64,000 bases of DNA. It comes from an uncultured delta proteobacterium. Its GTDB lineage: Bacteria > Myxococcota_A > Polyangia > Polyangiales > Houyiibacteriaceae. A program made the translations under genes and the position numbers. A model generated the notes under the pieces. It saw only the letters and a program-made list of their open reading frames with translations, had not been told where the DNA came from and searched no databases. Positions 1 to 9,308 of the stretch are shown piece after piece; positions within the stretch are counted from its first letter, which is position 1, and each line of letters opens with the position of its first letter. The stretch is taken from assembly GCA_963699755.1 (NCBI GenBank), contig CAVOVB010000001.1, positions 960,001 through 1,024,000 of the forward strand, given 5' to 3'.

Positions 1-1
1 C

Positions 2-436
2 GCGAAGGCTCACGACGTCACCTTCACGCACACGATACGACGGGATATTGAGCCGCTTGCCGTTGACGAGGAAGTGGCCGTGGCAAACCAGCTGACGAGC
101 GGCTGGGATCGTCGGCGCGAATCCAGCGCGGAAGACGAAGTTGTCGAGACGACGCTCGAGAAGCTCGACGAGCTTGTCACCGGATGGGTCCTTGCTGTGC
201 ACCGCTTCCCGGTAGAGCCGCCGGAACTGCCCCTCGTTGAGGCCGTAGTTGAAGCGCAGCTTCTGCTTTTCGAGAAGCTGCTTCTTGAAGTCGCTGATCT
301 TGCGGCGACGCGCTGACTTGGGCCCGTGGACGCCGGGGGGATAAGGACGATCCCACATCGTCTTGCGCGAAAGACCGGGAAGGTCGATGCCGAGCGCTCG
401 CATGCGCTTTACCCTGGGTCCTGTGTATCGAGACAT
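2..436 (-). CDS. rpsD: 30S ribosomal protein S4 (runs off the left edge), stand-alone copy
   Basis: Not in ORF track. Manual translation from ATG at 436: MSRYTGPRVKRMRALGIDLPGL...PPGVHG...QLLEKQKLRFNYGL...LLERRLDNFVFRAGFAPTIPAARQLVCHGHFLVNGKRLNIPSYRV. AGGAG SD upstream. Confidence 0.95.
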   Translation of the reverse strand, partial: MSRYTGPRVKRMRALGIDLPGLSRKTMWDRPYPPGVHGPKSARRRKISDFKKQLLEKQKLRFNYGLNEGQFRRLYREAVHSKDPSGDKLVELLERRLDNFVFRAGFAPTIPAARQLVCHGHFLVNGKRLNIPSYRVREGDVVSLR

Positions 437-596
437 CTATAAGGCTCCTGGCGCGGAATCCCTGGGCTTTTGCCCGCTCCGCGCGAGGCGGCCCTTATAC
501 GGCAATCTGTGGGGGAGGCAAATCGAGGTGGAGATCGAGATTGCAGACGCCTGCAGCCGGCTAGCTCAGGGCCGAATTTCCCGGTAATCAGGCGAG

Positions 597-2003
597 GTGG
601 GGGAGCGTCGGACCATTCATTTCGTGTCGCTCGGATGCGCAAAGAACCGCGTCGATACCGAGGTCATGCTGGGGGTGAGCGACCAGTCGGGCTTCAAGAT
701 CGTCGAGGACCCAGCCGAAGCGGAGGTGATCGTCGTCAACACCTGCGGCTTCATTGGGCCGGCCAAAGAGGAGTCCATCGATACGATCCTCGAGATGAGC
801 GCCCACAAGGCCGGCGGCAGCTGCCAGAAGTTGGTCGTGGCCGGCTGCCTCTCGCAGCGCTATCCGGACGAGCTGTCTCGGGAGCTTCCGGAAGTCGACC
901 ACTTCCTCGGCTCGAGCGACATGCTGAAGCTCGCGTCGGTGCTCGGCGGTGGCCAAGAGCGAATGCTGGTCGGCAACCCGGCACGATACACCATGCGCGC
1001 CAGCGACCCGCGTGTCCTGACGGGTCAGACCCACCGCGCCTATATGAAGATCGCCGAGGGCTGTAACCGCGAGTGTAGCTTCTGCGCGATACCCTCCTTC
1101 CGAGGCAAGCAACGCTCGCGCGACATCACAGACCTCGTTCGCGAAGCTGGAATCCTGGCTGCGGCCGGCGTCGTCGAGCTGAACCTGATCAGCCAGGACA
1201 CGATTGCCTATGGGCGCGATCTTCCCGAGCACCGGTCACTCGCCGAGCTACTCATGGCGCTCGCCGAGGTGGACGGCATTCGCTGGATCCGCGCCCACTA
1301 CCTCTACCCCGAGAAGCTGACCGACTCGCTCATCGAGGTGATCGCCGAGCAGGAAAAGGTGCTCCCTTACGTCGACATGCCGCTTCAGCACGCCTCCGAT
1401 TCGATGCTCCGCGCGATGCGACGTGGTCACGGTGGCGACCGGATGTACAAAGTCGTCGAACGCTTGCGCCGCTCGATTCCAGACCTCGTCTTTCGAACGA
1501 CCTTCATCGTCGGACACCCCGGTGAAACCGACGGGGACTTCGAGCAGCTGCGAAGCTTCGTCGAATGGGCCGAGTTCGATCACGTTGGCGTGTTCCTGTA
1601 TTCGCCCGAGGAAGGCACCCCGAGCGGCGACATGACCGATACGGTGGACCCCGAGGTCGCCAAAGCCCGTTACCACGAGCTGATGGACGTCCAGCGTCCG
1701 CTCAGCCGCGAACGCTTGGAGCTGAGGGTAGGGACCGAGCTCGACGTTCTTGTCGAAGGACTGAGTGACGAAAGCGACTTGCTGCTCCAGGGGCGTTGGT
1801 GGGGTCAGGCGCCCGAGGTCGACGGAAGCGTGTACCTGGCCAATGGAACGGCGCGAGCGGGAGAGATCCGGAGGGTCTTGGTGACCGATGCCGCAGACTA
1901 CGACCTGATGGCAGACTTCATCGATGGGCCAGTCGGCCGAGACGCCCCGCCCGACGCAAAAGATCCCCGAGCGCCCAAAGTTAAGCTACGAACACTAGCG
2001 TGA
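597..2003 (+). CDS. rimO: Ribosomal protein S12 methylthiotransferase RimO
   Basis: SLGCAKNRVDTE and VNTCGFI (UPF0004 domain), radical SAM motif CNRECSFC, C-terminal TRAM domain with QAPEVDG. Confidence 0.93.
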   Translation: MGERRTIHFVSLGCAKNRVDTEVMLGVSDQSGFKIVEDPAEAEVIVVNTCGFIGPAKEESIDTILEMSAHKAGGSCQKLVVAGCLSQRYPDELSRELPEVDHFLGSSDMLKLASVLGGGQERMLVGNPARYTMRASDPRVLTGQTHRAYMKIAEGCNRECSFCAIPSFRGKQRSRDITDLVREAGILAAAGVVELNLISQDTIAYGRDLPEHRSLAELLMALAEVDGIRWIRAHYLYPEKLTDSLIEVIAEQEKVLPYVDMPLQHASDSMLRAMRRGHGGDRMYKVVERLRRSIPDLVFRTTFIVGHPGETDGDFEQLRSFVEWAEFDHVGVFLYSPEEGTPSGDMTDTVDPEVAKARYHELMDVQRPLSRERLELRVGTELDVLVEGLSDESDLLLQGRWWGQAPEVDGSVYLANGTARAGEIRRVLVTDAADYDLMADFIDGPVGRDAPPDAKDPRAPKVKLRTLA

Positions 2004-2728
2004 AGTGGACTGGGCTCGCTCTGCTGCTCGCGTCGCTCGTGGCCCTCACCGGCTGTGCAACCGCGGTTCCAGCGATGAGCGGCGGGTCGACGACTCCGAA
2101 GAACCGCACGGACCTGGGCTTGGGTGGCGCTGCCCGCGTACCCCTCGGCGATCTCAGAGACCCGGCCGTGCTCGACCCGGGTGCCTCGCAATACCGCTAC
2201 GCGACAGACGCCGGCGGCGTCGTTCCAATGGCCTACGGCCGCTACGGAATCGCACGCAACTGGGACCTGGGCTTGATGGTTTCGGGTGCGACCGTCAAAG
2301 CCGAGGCGCGCTACGAGAAAGTACTCCAGGAAGGGACGACTCGATCGAGCTTGATCGTCGGCCTTGCGCCTTACGGCGGTTGGATTCCCGACCGCGATCG
2401 ATCGGGCAGCGGTGGACGTGTGGGCTTCGAGGTGCCGATCGTTTACGGAGTCGACTTCGGCGGTGTCTACGAGCTCTGGATCGGAGCGCGCGGCAGTGGG
2501 GAGTATGTCTTCGGGGACTTTCAGGTCGCAGGCTCCGAGCAAAGGGCCAGTGGAGCAGGGGTCCGAGCGGGGCCCGTCATCGGAATGGCGCTCGGCGTCC
2601 GCCGGGTGCATGCCCTGGTCGAGCTGACGGCCGCGTACGAGCACTGGTTCGTCGACCACGCGGGAGCCTCGCTCGACCGTGGTGGTTTCGTGTTGATTCC
2701 AGGCTTTGGGCTTCGTCTACGGCTCTAG
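2000..2728 (+). CDS. Hypothetical lipoprotein, possibly outer-membrane beta-rich
   Basis: Lipobox LTGC, alternating hydrophobic strands, GTGA overlap with the rimO stop. Confidence 0.6.
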   Translation: MKWTGLALLLASLVALTGCATAVPAMSGGSTTPKNRTDLGLGGAARVPLGDLRDPAVLDPGASQYRYATDAGGVVPMAYGRYGIARNWDLGLMVSGATVKAEARYEKVLQEGTTRSSLIVGLAPYGGWIPDRDRSGSGGRVGFEVPIVYGVDFGGVYELWIGARGSGEYVFGDFQVAGSEQRASGAGVRAGPVIGMALGVRRVHALVELTAAYEHWFVDHAGASLDRGGFVLIPGFGLRLRL

Positions 2729-2753
2729 CCGATTCGAGTCGGCCTTCGGCAGC

Positions 2754-3326
2754 TCAGGCGGTCTTCGGCCGGCGCGAGCCCCGCGGCTTCGGGCGCTTGT
2801 TCTTCGGCTGCGGCTTTTCGTTGTCGCCTCGAAGTAGGTTGCCGACAAAGGCCCCCATCAGCGCCATCATCGTAGCCATCAGGACTCCGAGCACATAGGC
2901 GCCCGTCGAGAGCTGGTAGACGTCCGCGATACTCGAGAGGAATACCATGGTGGGAATCGCCGCCAGGAAACCCCCGACCGGTGGCTCGAGAAAGTTCTTG
3001 CCCGGCGAGAGGTAGTTGATCGCTGCGGCGCCGACGAACCAGAGGACGATGATGATGACGATGCCGGGAAACCCCTGCGGATCATAGGTCGGAATGATGA
3101 GAGGCAGGAGTCCCACGGCGAGCGCGGCCATCACGAGAAAGAGCCCGAATGAGATGAATACCCAGCGAAGCTCGAACTCATCGGGTTGATTCCGACGAGC
3201 ATAGAGCTCCTCTTCGCTCAGCTCGGACGCAAGCTCCGACAGGCGCGCCCCGCAGGAACGACAGCGCTCGGAAATCTTCGGATTGCTCGCGCCACATACG
3301 TGGCATTCGATCTCTTCGGCAGCCAT
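2754..3326 (-). CDS. Hypothetical membrane protein with N-terminal zinc ribbon
   Basis: CHVC...CRSC followed by about 4 TM helices; GAGGA SD before ATG at 3326. Confidence 0.7.
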   Translation of the reverse strand: MAAEEIECHVCGASNPKISERCRSCGARLSELASELSEEELYARRNQPDEFELRWVFISFGLFLVMAALAVGLLPLIIPTYDPQGFPGIVIIIVLWFVGAAAINYLSPGKNFLEPPVGGFLAAIPTMVFLSSIADVYQLSTGAYVLGVLMATMMALMGAFVGNLLRGDNEKPQPKNKRPKPRGSRRPKTA

Positions 3327-3490
3327 ATCTTCCTCACTCGACTGGTAGCGTCTCCCCGGGCGCATTGTCTACGGCGGACCGCTGAAGCGCAACTGCCAGT
3401 ACATGCGGGAAAATCGCGCGTGCTTGACGCGGGGTGCGAGGCGGCTACCTTCCCGCCGTTCCCGAAAAACCGGGCTGAAGGAGGCCTCGA

Positions 3491-5362
3491 GTGGCCCGTT
3501 TTATCGACGAGCTCAAGCGTACGCATAGTTGTGGTGAACTCAGAGAGGAGAACATCGATCAGGAGATCGTCCTCTTTGGCTGGGTGCAGAACCGACGCGA
3601 CCATGGCGGCTGCATCTTCATCGACCTGCGTGACCGCGATGGGCTGACTCAGGTGGTCTTCGACCCAGAGACGACGGACAAAGCCGCCTTCCAGACTGCC
3701 GATAAGGCCCGCTCGGAGTGGGTGCTCGGGGTGCGGGGCAAGGTTCGCGACCGTGGCAGCAAGGATGACGGCACGAGCCTCCACAACCCACGACTCGAAA
3801 CCGGTGCCATCGAAGTCATCGCGCTCGAAGCGACGATCTTCAACAAGGCCGAAACGCCACCGTTCGAGATCGAAGACCAAATCACGACCGGCGAAGACAA
3901 GCGCCTCGAGTACCGCTATCTCGATCTGCGACGCCCGATGCTGCAGAAGAACCTGATGATGCGGAGCAAGCTCAATCATCAGGCCCGCAACTACTTCAGC
4001 GACAACGGCTTCATCGAGGTCGAAACACCGTTCATGGTCAAGTACACGCCGGGTGGCGCACGGAACTTCTTGGTTCCGTCCCGTCTTTACAGCGGCCACT
4101 TCTATGCGCTCGCGGAGAGCCCGCAGCTCTACAAGCAGCTGCTGATGTGCGCCGGCTTCGACAAGTACTACCAAATCGTCCGTTGCTTTCGAGACGAGGA
4201 CCTGCGCATCGACCGGCAGCCGGAATTCACCCAGATCGACATCGAGATGTCCTTCATCAATCAGGACGACCTGTTCAAGGTCCTCGAAGGCTTGGTGTTC
4301 CGGCTTTGGAAAGAGGTCCTCGGAGTCGACCTGCTCCAGCGCTACCCGACCGGCGAATTCCCTCGGATTCCTTACGCGGAATCGATGGAGCGCTTCGGCA
4401 ACGACAAGCCGGACATGCGCTTTGGAATGGAGCACGTCGACCTGACCGAGCTAACCGTAGAGCATGGCGGCGGCGGAATCGGAATGTTGGAGCCAATCGC
4501 GAAGAAGTTCAGCGACGGTGCGTACCGACGCGACCTTCCGACAGAGATCGTGAAGGCAATGGTCGTCCCATCTGGGCACGGTTTCTCGCGCAAGGATCTC
4601 GACGCGCTCGAGAAGTTCGTGCATCAGATGGGCGCCAAGGGCCTCGCGCGCGCGAAAGTCGATGGCGAGGGCAGCTGGCTGCAAAGCCCGCTTGCCAAGA
4701 TGGTTACGCCCGAGTTCCGGAAGGCCGTGAACGAGAGGGTGGGAGCAAAGGACGGAGACCTCATCTTCTTCCAGTTCGGGCCGACGGCGAAGGTTCATAC
4801 CGTGATGGCCAACCTCCGTCTGCATCTGGCGCGAAAGCTCGGCGTGATTCCCGAAACCGGCAGCGGAGGGGACTGGAACTTCCTTTGGGTCGTCGACCCG
4901 CCCTTGTTCGATCGCAACGAGGAGAAGAAGCGCTGGGAAGCCGCGCATCACGTCTTCACTCGCCCCCATGACGAGTGCATCGAGCTGCTCGGCAGCGACC
5001 CGGGAAAGGTTCTTTGCTATCGCTACGACCTCGTGCTCAACGGCTTCGAAATCGCCGGTGGCTCGATTCGATTGCACGACCCGGAAGTCCAGAAGAAGGT
5101 CTTCGAGGTGATCGGCCTGAGCGACGAAGAAGCCCGAGAGAAATTCGGCTTTCTCCTGGATGCCCTGACCTACGGCGCCCCGCCCCACGGCGGAATCGCG
5201 TTCGGCATGGACCGCGTTGCGATGCTGGCGGCCGAGACGGAGTCGATTCGCGACGTGATCGCGTTCCCGAAGACGCAGCGGGCCAACGACCTGATGACCT
5301 CGGCACCCTCCAGGGTCGATCCCGAGCAGCTCTTGGACCTCAAGATCAAGACGCTGGAGTAG
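3491..5362 (+). CDS. aspS: Aspartate--tRNA ligase, probably non-discriminating (Asp/Asn)
   Basis: RTHSCGELR, RRDHGG (His here is typical of ND-AspRS), CFRDEDLR, GAPPHGGIAFGMDR; GGAGG SD. Confidence 0.96.
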   Translation: MARFIDELKRTHSCGELREENIDQEIVLFGWVQNRRDHGGCIFIDLRDRDGLTQVVFDPETTDKAAFQTADKARSEWVLGVRGKVRDRGSKDDGTSLHNPRLETGAIEVIALEATIFNKAETPPFEIEDQITTGEDKRLEYRYLDLRRPMLQKNLMMRSKLNHQARNYFSDNGFIEVETPFMVKYTPGGARNFLVPSRLYSGHFYALAESPQLYKQLLMCAGFDKYYQIVRCFRDEDLRIDRQPEFTQIDIEMSFINQDDLFKVLEGLVFRLWKEVLGVDLLQRYPTGEFPRIPYAESMERFGNDKPDMRFGMEHVDLTELTVEHGGGGIGMLEPIAKKFSDGAYRRDLPTEIVKAMVVPSGHGFSRKDLDALEKFVHQMGAKGLARAKVDGEGSWLQSPLAKMVTPEFRKAVNERVGAKDGDLIFFQFGPTAKVHTVMANLRLHLARKLGVIPETGSGGDWNFLWVVDPPLFDRNEEKKRWEAAHHVFTRPHDECIELLGSDPGKVLCYRYDLVLNGFEIAGGSIRLHDPEVQKKVFEVIGLSDEEAREKFGFLLDALTYGAPPHGGIAFGMDRVAMLAAETESIRDVIAFPKTQRANDLMTSAPSRVDPEQLLDLKIKTLE

Positions 5363-5383
5363 CGTGCCGGGGCCCGAAGGAGG

Positions 5384-5546
5384 GCGCAGGGTCTAGACGA
5401 CTAGAAGCCAAGCGACGGGTCGACGAGCCATCTGACCGGAGAAGTCCACGTAAGGAAGGGCATCGGGAAGCAGGTCCCCAAACAGTAGGCCGCAGCCCAC
5501 TCCCGACCGCTGAGACCAACCCCTCTTGAATAGTGGGAGCTTGCGC
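5384..5546. ncRNA. Candidate structured RNA (rod-shaped, 6S-like size) in the intergenic gap after aspS
   Basis: Nested complementarity found by eye: GCGCAGGGTCT (5384-5394) with GGAGCTTGCGC (5536-5546), and GGTCG (5418-5422) with CGACC (5504-5508). No credible ORF. Confidence 0.3.
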
Positions 5547-5566
5547 TGCGTCTGTAATCGCGGACA

Positions 5567-5902
5567 ATGTCAGCAATCATGAAAGTCGTCGTTACGAGTT
5601 TGTTCACCGCTCTGCTGCTTCTCGCTACCACACTGCCCGCTTTGGGTGATGAGGGGGGGCAGGACGACATCAAGAACTGTTACGACATTCACGGTGAGGC
5701 TCGCTATGGAGCGCTCGCATACAAGCACGTCATCATCGTGACCAATCGCTGCGACGTGACCTTGCAGTGCGAGGTTTGGACCGACGTCGATCCGACCCCG
5801 CGTCTACAGGTCAGCGTGGAGCCGAAGGGCACCGCCGAGGTGCTCGCGCGCAACAACTCGCCGACTCGGGTGTTCACGGCGTTTGGCGAGTGTAAGAAGT
5901 AA
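5567..5902 (+). CDS. Small secreted cysteine-containing hypothetical protein
   Basis: Signal peptide followed by a mature region with 4 Cys. Confidence 0.65.
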   Translation: MSAIMKVVVTSLFTALLLLATTLPALGDEGGQDDIKNCYDIHGEARYGALAYKHVIIVTNRCDVTLQCEVWTDVDPTPRLQVSVEPKGTAEVLARNNSPTRVFTAFGECKK

Positions 5903-5909
5903 GGGCTGC

Positions 5910-7004
5910 TCAGTAGAGTGGGTTGTCGTCGGTCTTCTCGAAGAACCGTTCGAAGATCGCGTAGCCGTGTAGCAACTGGTCGAGCTCCGTGTACTCATTT
6001 GGCTGGTGTGCCTGCGCTGCCGTACCGGGGCCGAGGTTGACACCCGGCACTCCAATGGCATCGAAGCGTGCTACGTCGGTCCACGCCTGCTTGCTGCGGA
6101 CGCCGTTGACTCCGCAGCGCATCAGGTGCCGAATGTACGGATCGCTTGCGTGCGGATGGCCGGCCGGTGAAAGGTCGGTCGCTTGAACCCTGCACCGATC
6201 GCCGGCGAGCTCGCGTAGCTCAGCGAACGCTTCTTCCGGTGAGCGGCCGGGCGCAAAGCGATAGTTCACGTTGAGGTCCGCCCTACCGGGAACGACGTTC
6301 CGCGGTCCGCCGCCCTGAATGACGGTCGGAGTCATCACCTCGCGATACAGGTAGCCGTCCAGCTCGACGTCGCGTGGCTCTTGTCGCTCCAGCTCGCTGA
6401 TGAATTTCGCCACTTTGTAGAGGGCGTTGTCTCCTTGCCACGGGCGAGCACTGTGGGCGGTGCGGCCGAGGAAGGTCAGGGTCGCGTGAACCGAGCCCAT
6501 CGCGCCAAGCTGCATCTGATTGTCACTCGGCTCGAGACAGATTGCGAGGTCGAGCTCGTGGAGATCGGGGTGCGTGTCGAGGATCGGTCCGAGCCGGTTT
6601 TCTTCGAATGGGCCTTCTTCGCGTTCGTAGAAGATCAGGGTGAGGTCGCAGGGAAGGGTTTTTCGATCCATGCGTTCGACCAACTCGATCATGATCGCCA
6701 AGCCAGACTTCATGTCGGCCGCCCCGGCGCCATAGAGCCGGTTACCCTCGATGCGTGGCGGGCCATCGTGCTCCGTGCGAACCGTGTCGAGGTGTCCAAC
6801 GAGGGCAATGCGCGGGGCGTCCCGCCGCCGTGCCACCGCATGCACGATCAGGCTGTCGTGGAACCGTGTAATCGCGGCGGAGCCCAGGCTGCTCGTCAGT
6901 CGTTCTTGGACGTGATCGCAAAGCGCCGCCTCTTCACCGATCGGGCTCGGAATCCGAGTCAGGGTGAGCAGCGTGTCGCGAAGCGCATGGTCGAGCTCAG
7001 TCAT
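5910..7004 (-). CDS. dapE: Succinyl-diaminopimelate desuccinylase (M20 family)
   Basis: GHLDTV, GAADMKSG, EREEG, LEPS, HSARPWQG, AWTDVARF, AHQPNE. Start at MTELD (7004); the longer track ORF is a spurious extension. Confidence 0.8.
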   Translation of the reverse strand: MTELDHALRDTLLTLTRIPSPIGEEAALCDHVQERLTSSLGSAAITRFHDSLIVHAVARRRDAPRIALVGHLDTVRTEHDGPPRIEGNRLYGAGAADMKSGLAIMIELVERMDRKTLPCDLTLIFYEREEGPFEENRLGPILDTHPDLHELDLAICLEPSDNQMQLGAMGSVHATLTFLGRTAHSARPWQGDNALYKVAKFISELERQEPRDVELDGYLYREVMTPTVIQGGGPRNVVPGRADLNVNYRFAPGRSPEEAFAELRELAGDRCRVQATDLSPAGHPHASDPYIRHLMRCGVNGVRSKQAWTDVARFDAIGVPGVNLGPGTAAQAHQPNEYTELDQLLHGYAIFERFFEKTDDNPLY

Positions 7005-7039
7005 CGTGGCGGAGCCTAGCAGGCGGTCCGAGCGGAGGC

Positions 7040-7366
7040 CTATCGATCGACGTCGCTGGGCGAGTCCCAGTCTTCGAGCGCGCGCTCCACCGCAGCGCTG
7101 AACGACAACATATCGACCTCGACGGACGCGAACAGCTCTTGAAATGACTTCTCGCCGCGGGAAAGGGCGTCCGCGACCGTGTGGGCCAGCCGGCGGGCGT
7201 CGTATCGAGCGAGCATCGGCTCCCAGGGCGCATCCTCTGTGCGCGTCGGGGCGACCACCGTGGGGATTGGCTCTGTGCTTCCCCGAACCGAGAGAAGCCC
7301 TTCGTGCTCTCCCATCTGGCGCGACTTTCCACCGACGAAAATTGCGAGGAGGGGACGCGCCGACAT
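7040..7366 (-). pseudogene. mobA: Internally deleted MobA-like (molybdenum cofactor guanylyltransferase) remnant
   Basis: N-terminal FVGGKSRQMG joined almost directly to C-terminal EPMLARY and DWDSPSD; 108 aa versus about 190-200 aa for intact MobA. Confidence 0.6.
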
Positions 7367-7372
7367 GAGCGA

Positions 7373-7795
7373 TTAGACCGGAAGCCCGGCATCCCTCACG
7401 AGGCGCGATTCGAGCTTGTCGACGACGCGATTGAGTTGGTCCTGTTGAATCGCGCTCGTGATGAAGTTGGTGACGAATACGGTGGCGTAGGAGGCGACGT
7501 CGAGGATGACCGCGATGATCGAGGTGTCCTGCGCGGGGCCGAGGCCGTTGCGCTCTTCGAACTCGGCGATCTGCTGGGAAATCCGGTAGTCGACCCAGAT
7601 TCCGTAGATCGCGAAGGTGAGCAACACGAACAGGAAGTCGAGCCAATAGCCATGGCCGGTCGGGGTGCGCCCATCGAGCGCTTTGAGGTCTTCGTAGATG
7701 CCGTGGTACCAGAATGGGAGATAGAGCCCAAGGGTGACGATGCTGAGCACCAAAACGAGGGCAGGTTCACGGCGCTCTATCATGGGAGCTGTCAT
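7373..7795 (-). CDS. DUF4234-like small membrane protein
   Basis: LVLVLSIVTLGLYLPFW, repeated as TFAIYGIWV; C-terminal QQDQLN. Confidence 0.7.
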   Translation of the reverse strand: MTAPMIERREPALVLVLSIVTLGLYLPFWYHGIYEDLKALDGRTPTGHGYWLDFLFVLLTFAIYGIWVDYRISQQIAEFEERNGLGPAQDTSIIAVILDVASYATVFVTNFITSAIQQDQLNRVVDKLESRLVRDAGLPV

Positions 7796-7848
7796 CGAAG
7801 GGTCCCTTCCCGCTCGCGCGTGGCTGTACGTCGGCTAGGTTTCGTCCC

Positions 7849-8733
7849 ATGAAGGAGGACGCGATGCAAGCGGCAACCATCGCTGTCATTGGTGATGTTC
7901 ATCTCTTCTGGGACGACGACGACGTCGCTTTCTTCAACCGCGGTGGATACGACCTCTTGCTCTTCGTCGGCGATTTGGCGGGATATGTCCAGCATCGCGG
8001 GCGCCGCGTCGCGCGTTCACTGCGCAAGCTTCGCGTGCCGGCGATCTGCGTCCCCGGAAACCACGACGGCCTCCATGCATTTCAGCTCGGTGCCGAAATC
8101 ACACCCCGCGCGCACCGACTTCGAGACGCGTTCTGCCGAGGTCAGGCGGGTCGCTGCGCGAGCCTCGAGCGTGCGCTGGGCGACGTCGAGCTCCTGGGAT
8201 ACAGCAGGCGCCGCATCGCCCCCGCCGGCGTTCCATTGAACATCGTGGTGGGCCGGCCGCATTCGATCGGCGGAAGGCGCCTCGCCTGCGCTCGCTATCT
8301 CGCGAAACAGTACGACATCCACTCGATGGACGCATCGGCGGCACGATTGAAACGTCTGGTCGATAGCTGCGACGACGCGCCGATCTTGTTCCTCGCACAC
8401 AACGGGCCTTCCGGGCTGGGCGATCGCGCGGACTCGATCTGGGGCTGCGACTTTCGCATGAAAGAGGAAGACTGGGGGGACCGGGACCTCCAAGAGGCCG
8501 TTCAGTACGCGAAGGGCAACGGCCGGACCGTGCTCGCGACGGTGGCCGGCCACATGCACCGCAAAACGAAGTCCGGAAAGCGACGCCCCGCGCAGGTCAC
8601 CCAAGACGGCGTCCTCTACGTCAACGCCGCCGAAGTCCCCCGACACCGCGAAGAAAACGGCGAAAAGCTGCGCCATCACGTAAGACTCAGCCTAGGCGCG
8701 AATTCTGCAACCGCCGAAGACCTCTGGGTCTAG
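7849..8733 (+). CDS. Metallophosphoesterase (TIGR04168-like)
   Basis: GDVH, VGD, GNHD, AHNGP, GHMH calcineurin-like motifs. Alternative start at 7864 has a GGAGG SD. Confidence 0.8.
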   Translation: MKEDAMQAATIAVIGDVHLFWDDDDVAFFNRGGYDLLLFVGDLAGYVQHRGRRVARSLRKLRVPAICVPGNHDGLHAFQLGAEITPRAHRLRDAFCRGQAGRCASLERALGDVELLGYSRRRIAPAGVPLNIVVGRPHSIGGRRLACARYLAKQYDIHSMDASAARLKRLVDSCDDAPILFLAHNGPSGLGDRADSIWGCDFRMKEEDWGDRDLQEAVQYAKGNGRTVLATVAGHMHRKTKSGKRRPAQVTQDGVLYVNAAEVPRHREENGEKLRHHVRLSLGANSATAEDLWV

Positions 8734-8777
8734 ATCCCGAACCCGAGCGCGAAAGGAATTCGTGACATAGTCCGCCG

Positions 8778-9263
8778 ATGCCGAAGCGCCCGATGAAGCT
8801 CTGGCTCATGAAGAGCGAACCCGAAACCTTCTCGATAGATGACCTCGAGCGAAAAGGAAGGGAGCCCTGGGACGGGGTCCGCAACTACCAGGCGCGAAAT
8901 TTCATGCGTGAAATGGCGGTGGGCGACCTCGTCATCTTCTACCACTCCAACGCAAAGCCCCCCGGCGCAGCAGGCATCGGCCGCATAGCTCGGGCGGCCT
9001 ATCCCGACCCCACTCAGTTCGACAAGAAGAGCGAGTACTACGACCCGAAGTCCAAGACGGAGGACCCGCGTTGGTCACTCGTCGACGTCGAGTTCGTGGA
9101 GAAGTTCGACAAAGAGATCTCACTTCAAGCGCTGAAGGACGACGCGGCCCTAGAAGGAATGCTGGTAACCCGAAAAGGCTCCCGACTTTCGGTTCAGCCG
9201 GTGGATGAGAAGCACTTCAAGCGAGTCCTGGAACTAGCGGGCGCGAAGACGCGAGCTCGCTAG
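8778..9263 (+). CDS. EVE domain protein
   Basis: WLMKSEPETFSIDDL, WDGVRNYQARN, FYHSN, RLSVQPV. Confidence 0.92.
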   Translation: MPKRPMKLWLMKSEPETFSIDDLERKGREPWDGVRNYQARNFMREMAVGDLVIFYHSNAKPPGAAGIGRIARAAYPDPTQFDKKSEYYDPKSKTEDPRWSLVDVEFVEKFDKEISLQALKDDAALEGMLVTRKGSRLSVQPVDEKHFKRVLELAGAKTRAR

Positions 9264-9308
9264 AAGCGCATGACCAGGGCGCGGAAATGAGCGCGAGCCG
9301 TTCTCCGC

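Noticed and set aside
5440..5480. SRP RNA (GGAAGCAG resemblance)
   Set aside because: The CAGG-N-GRAA-N-AGCA helix-8 arrangement is absent.
5910..7646. 578-aa ORF suggesting a DapE fusion
   Set aside because: The N-terminal ~214 aa are Arg-rich off-frame read-through of two upstream genes; DapE starts at 7004.
8778..9263. EVE protein as part of a modification-dependent defence system
   Set aside because: Stand-alone housekeeping-type EVE with no adjacent nuclease or toxin gene.
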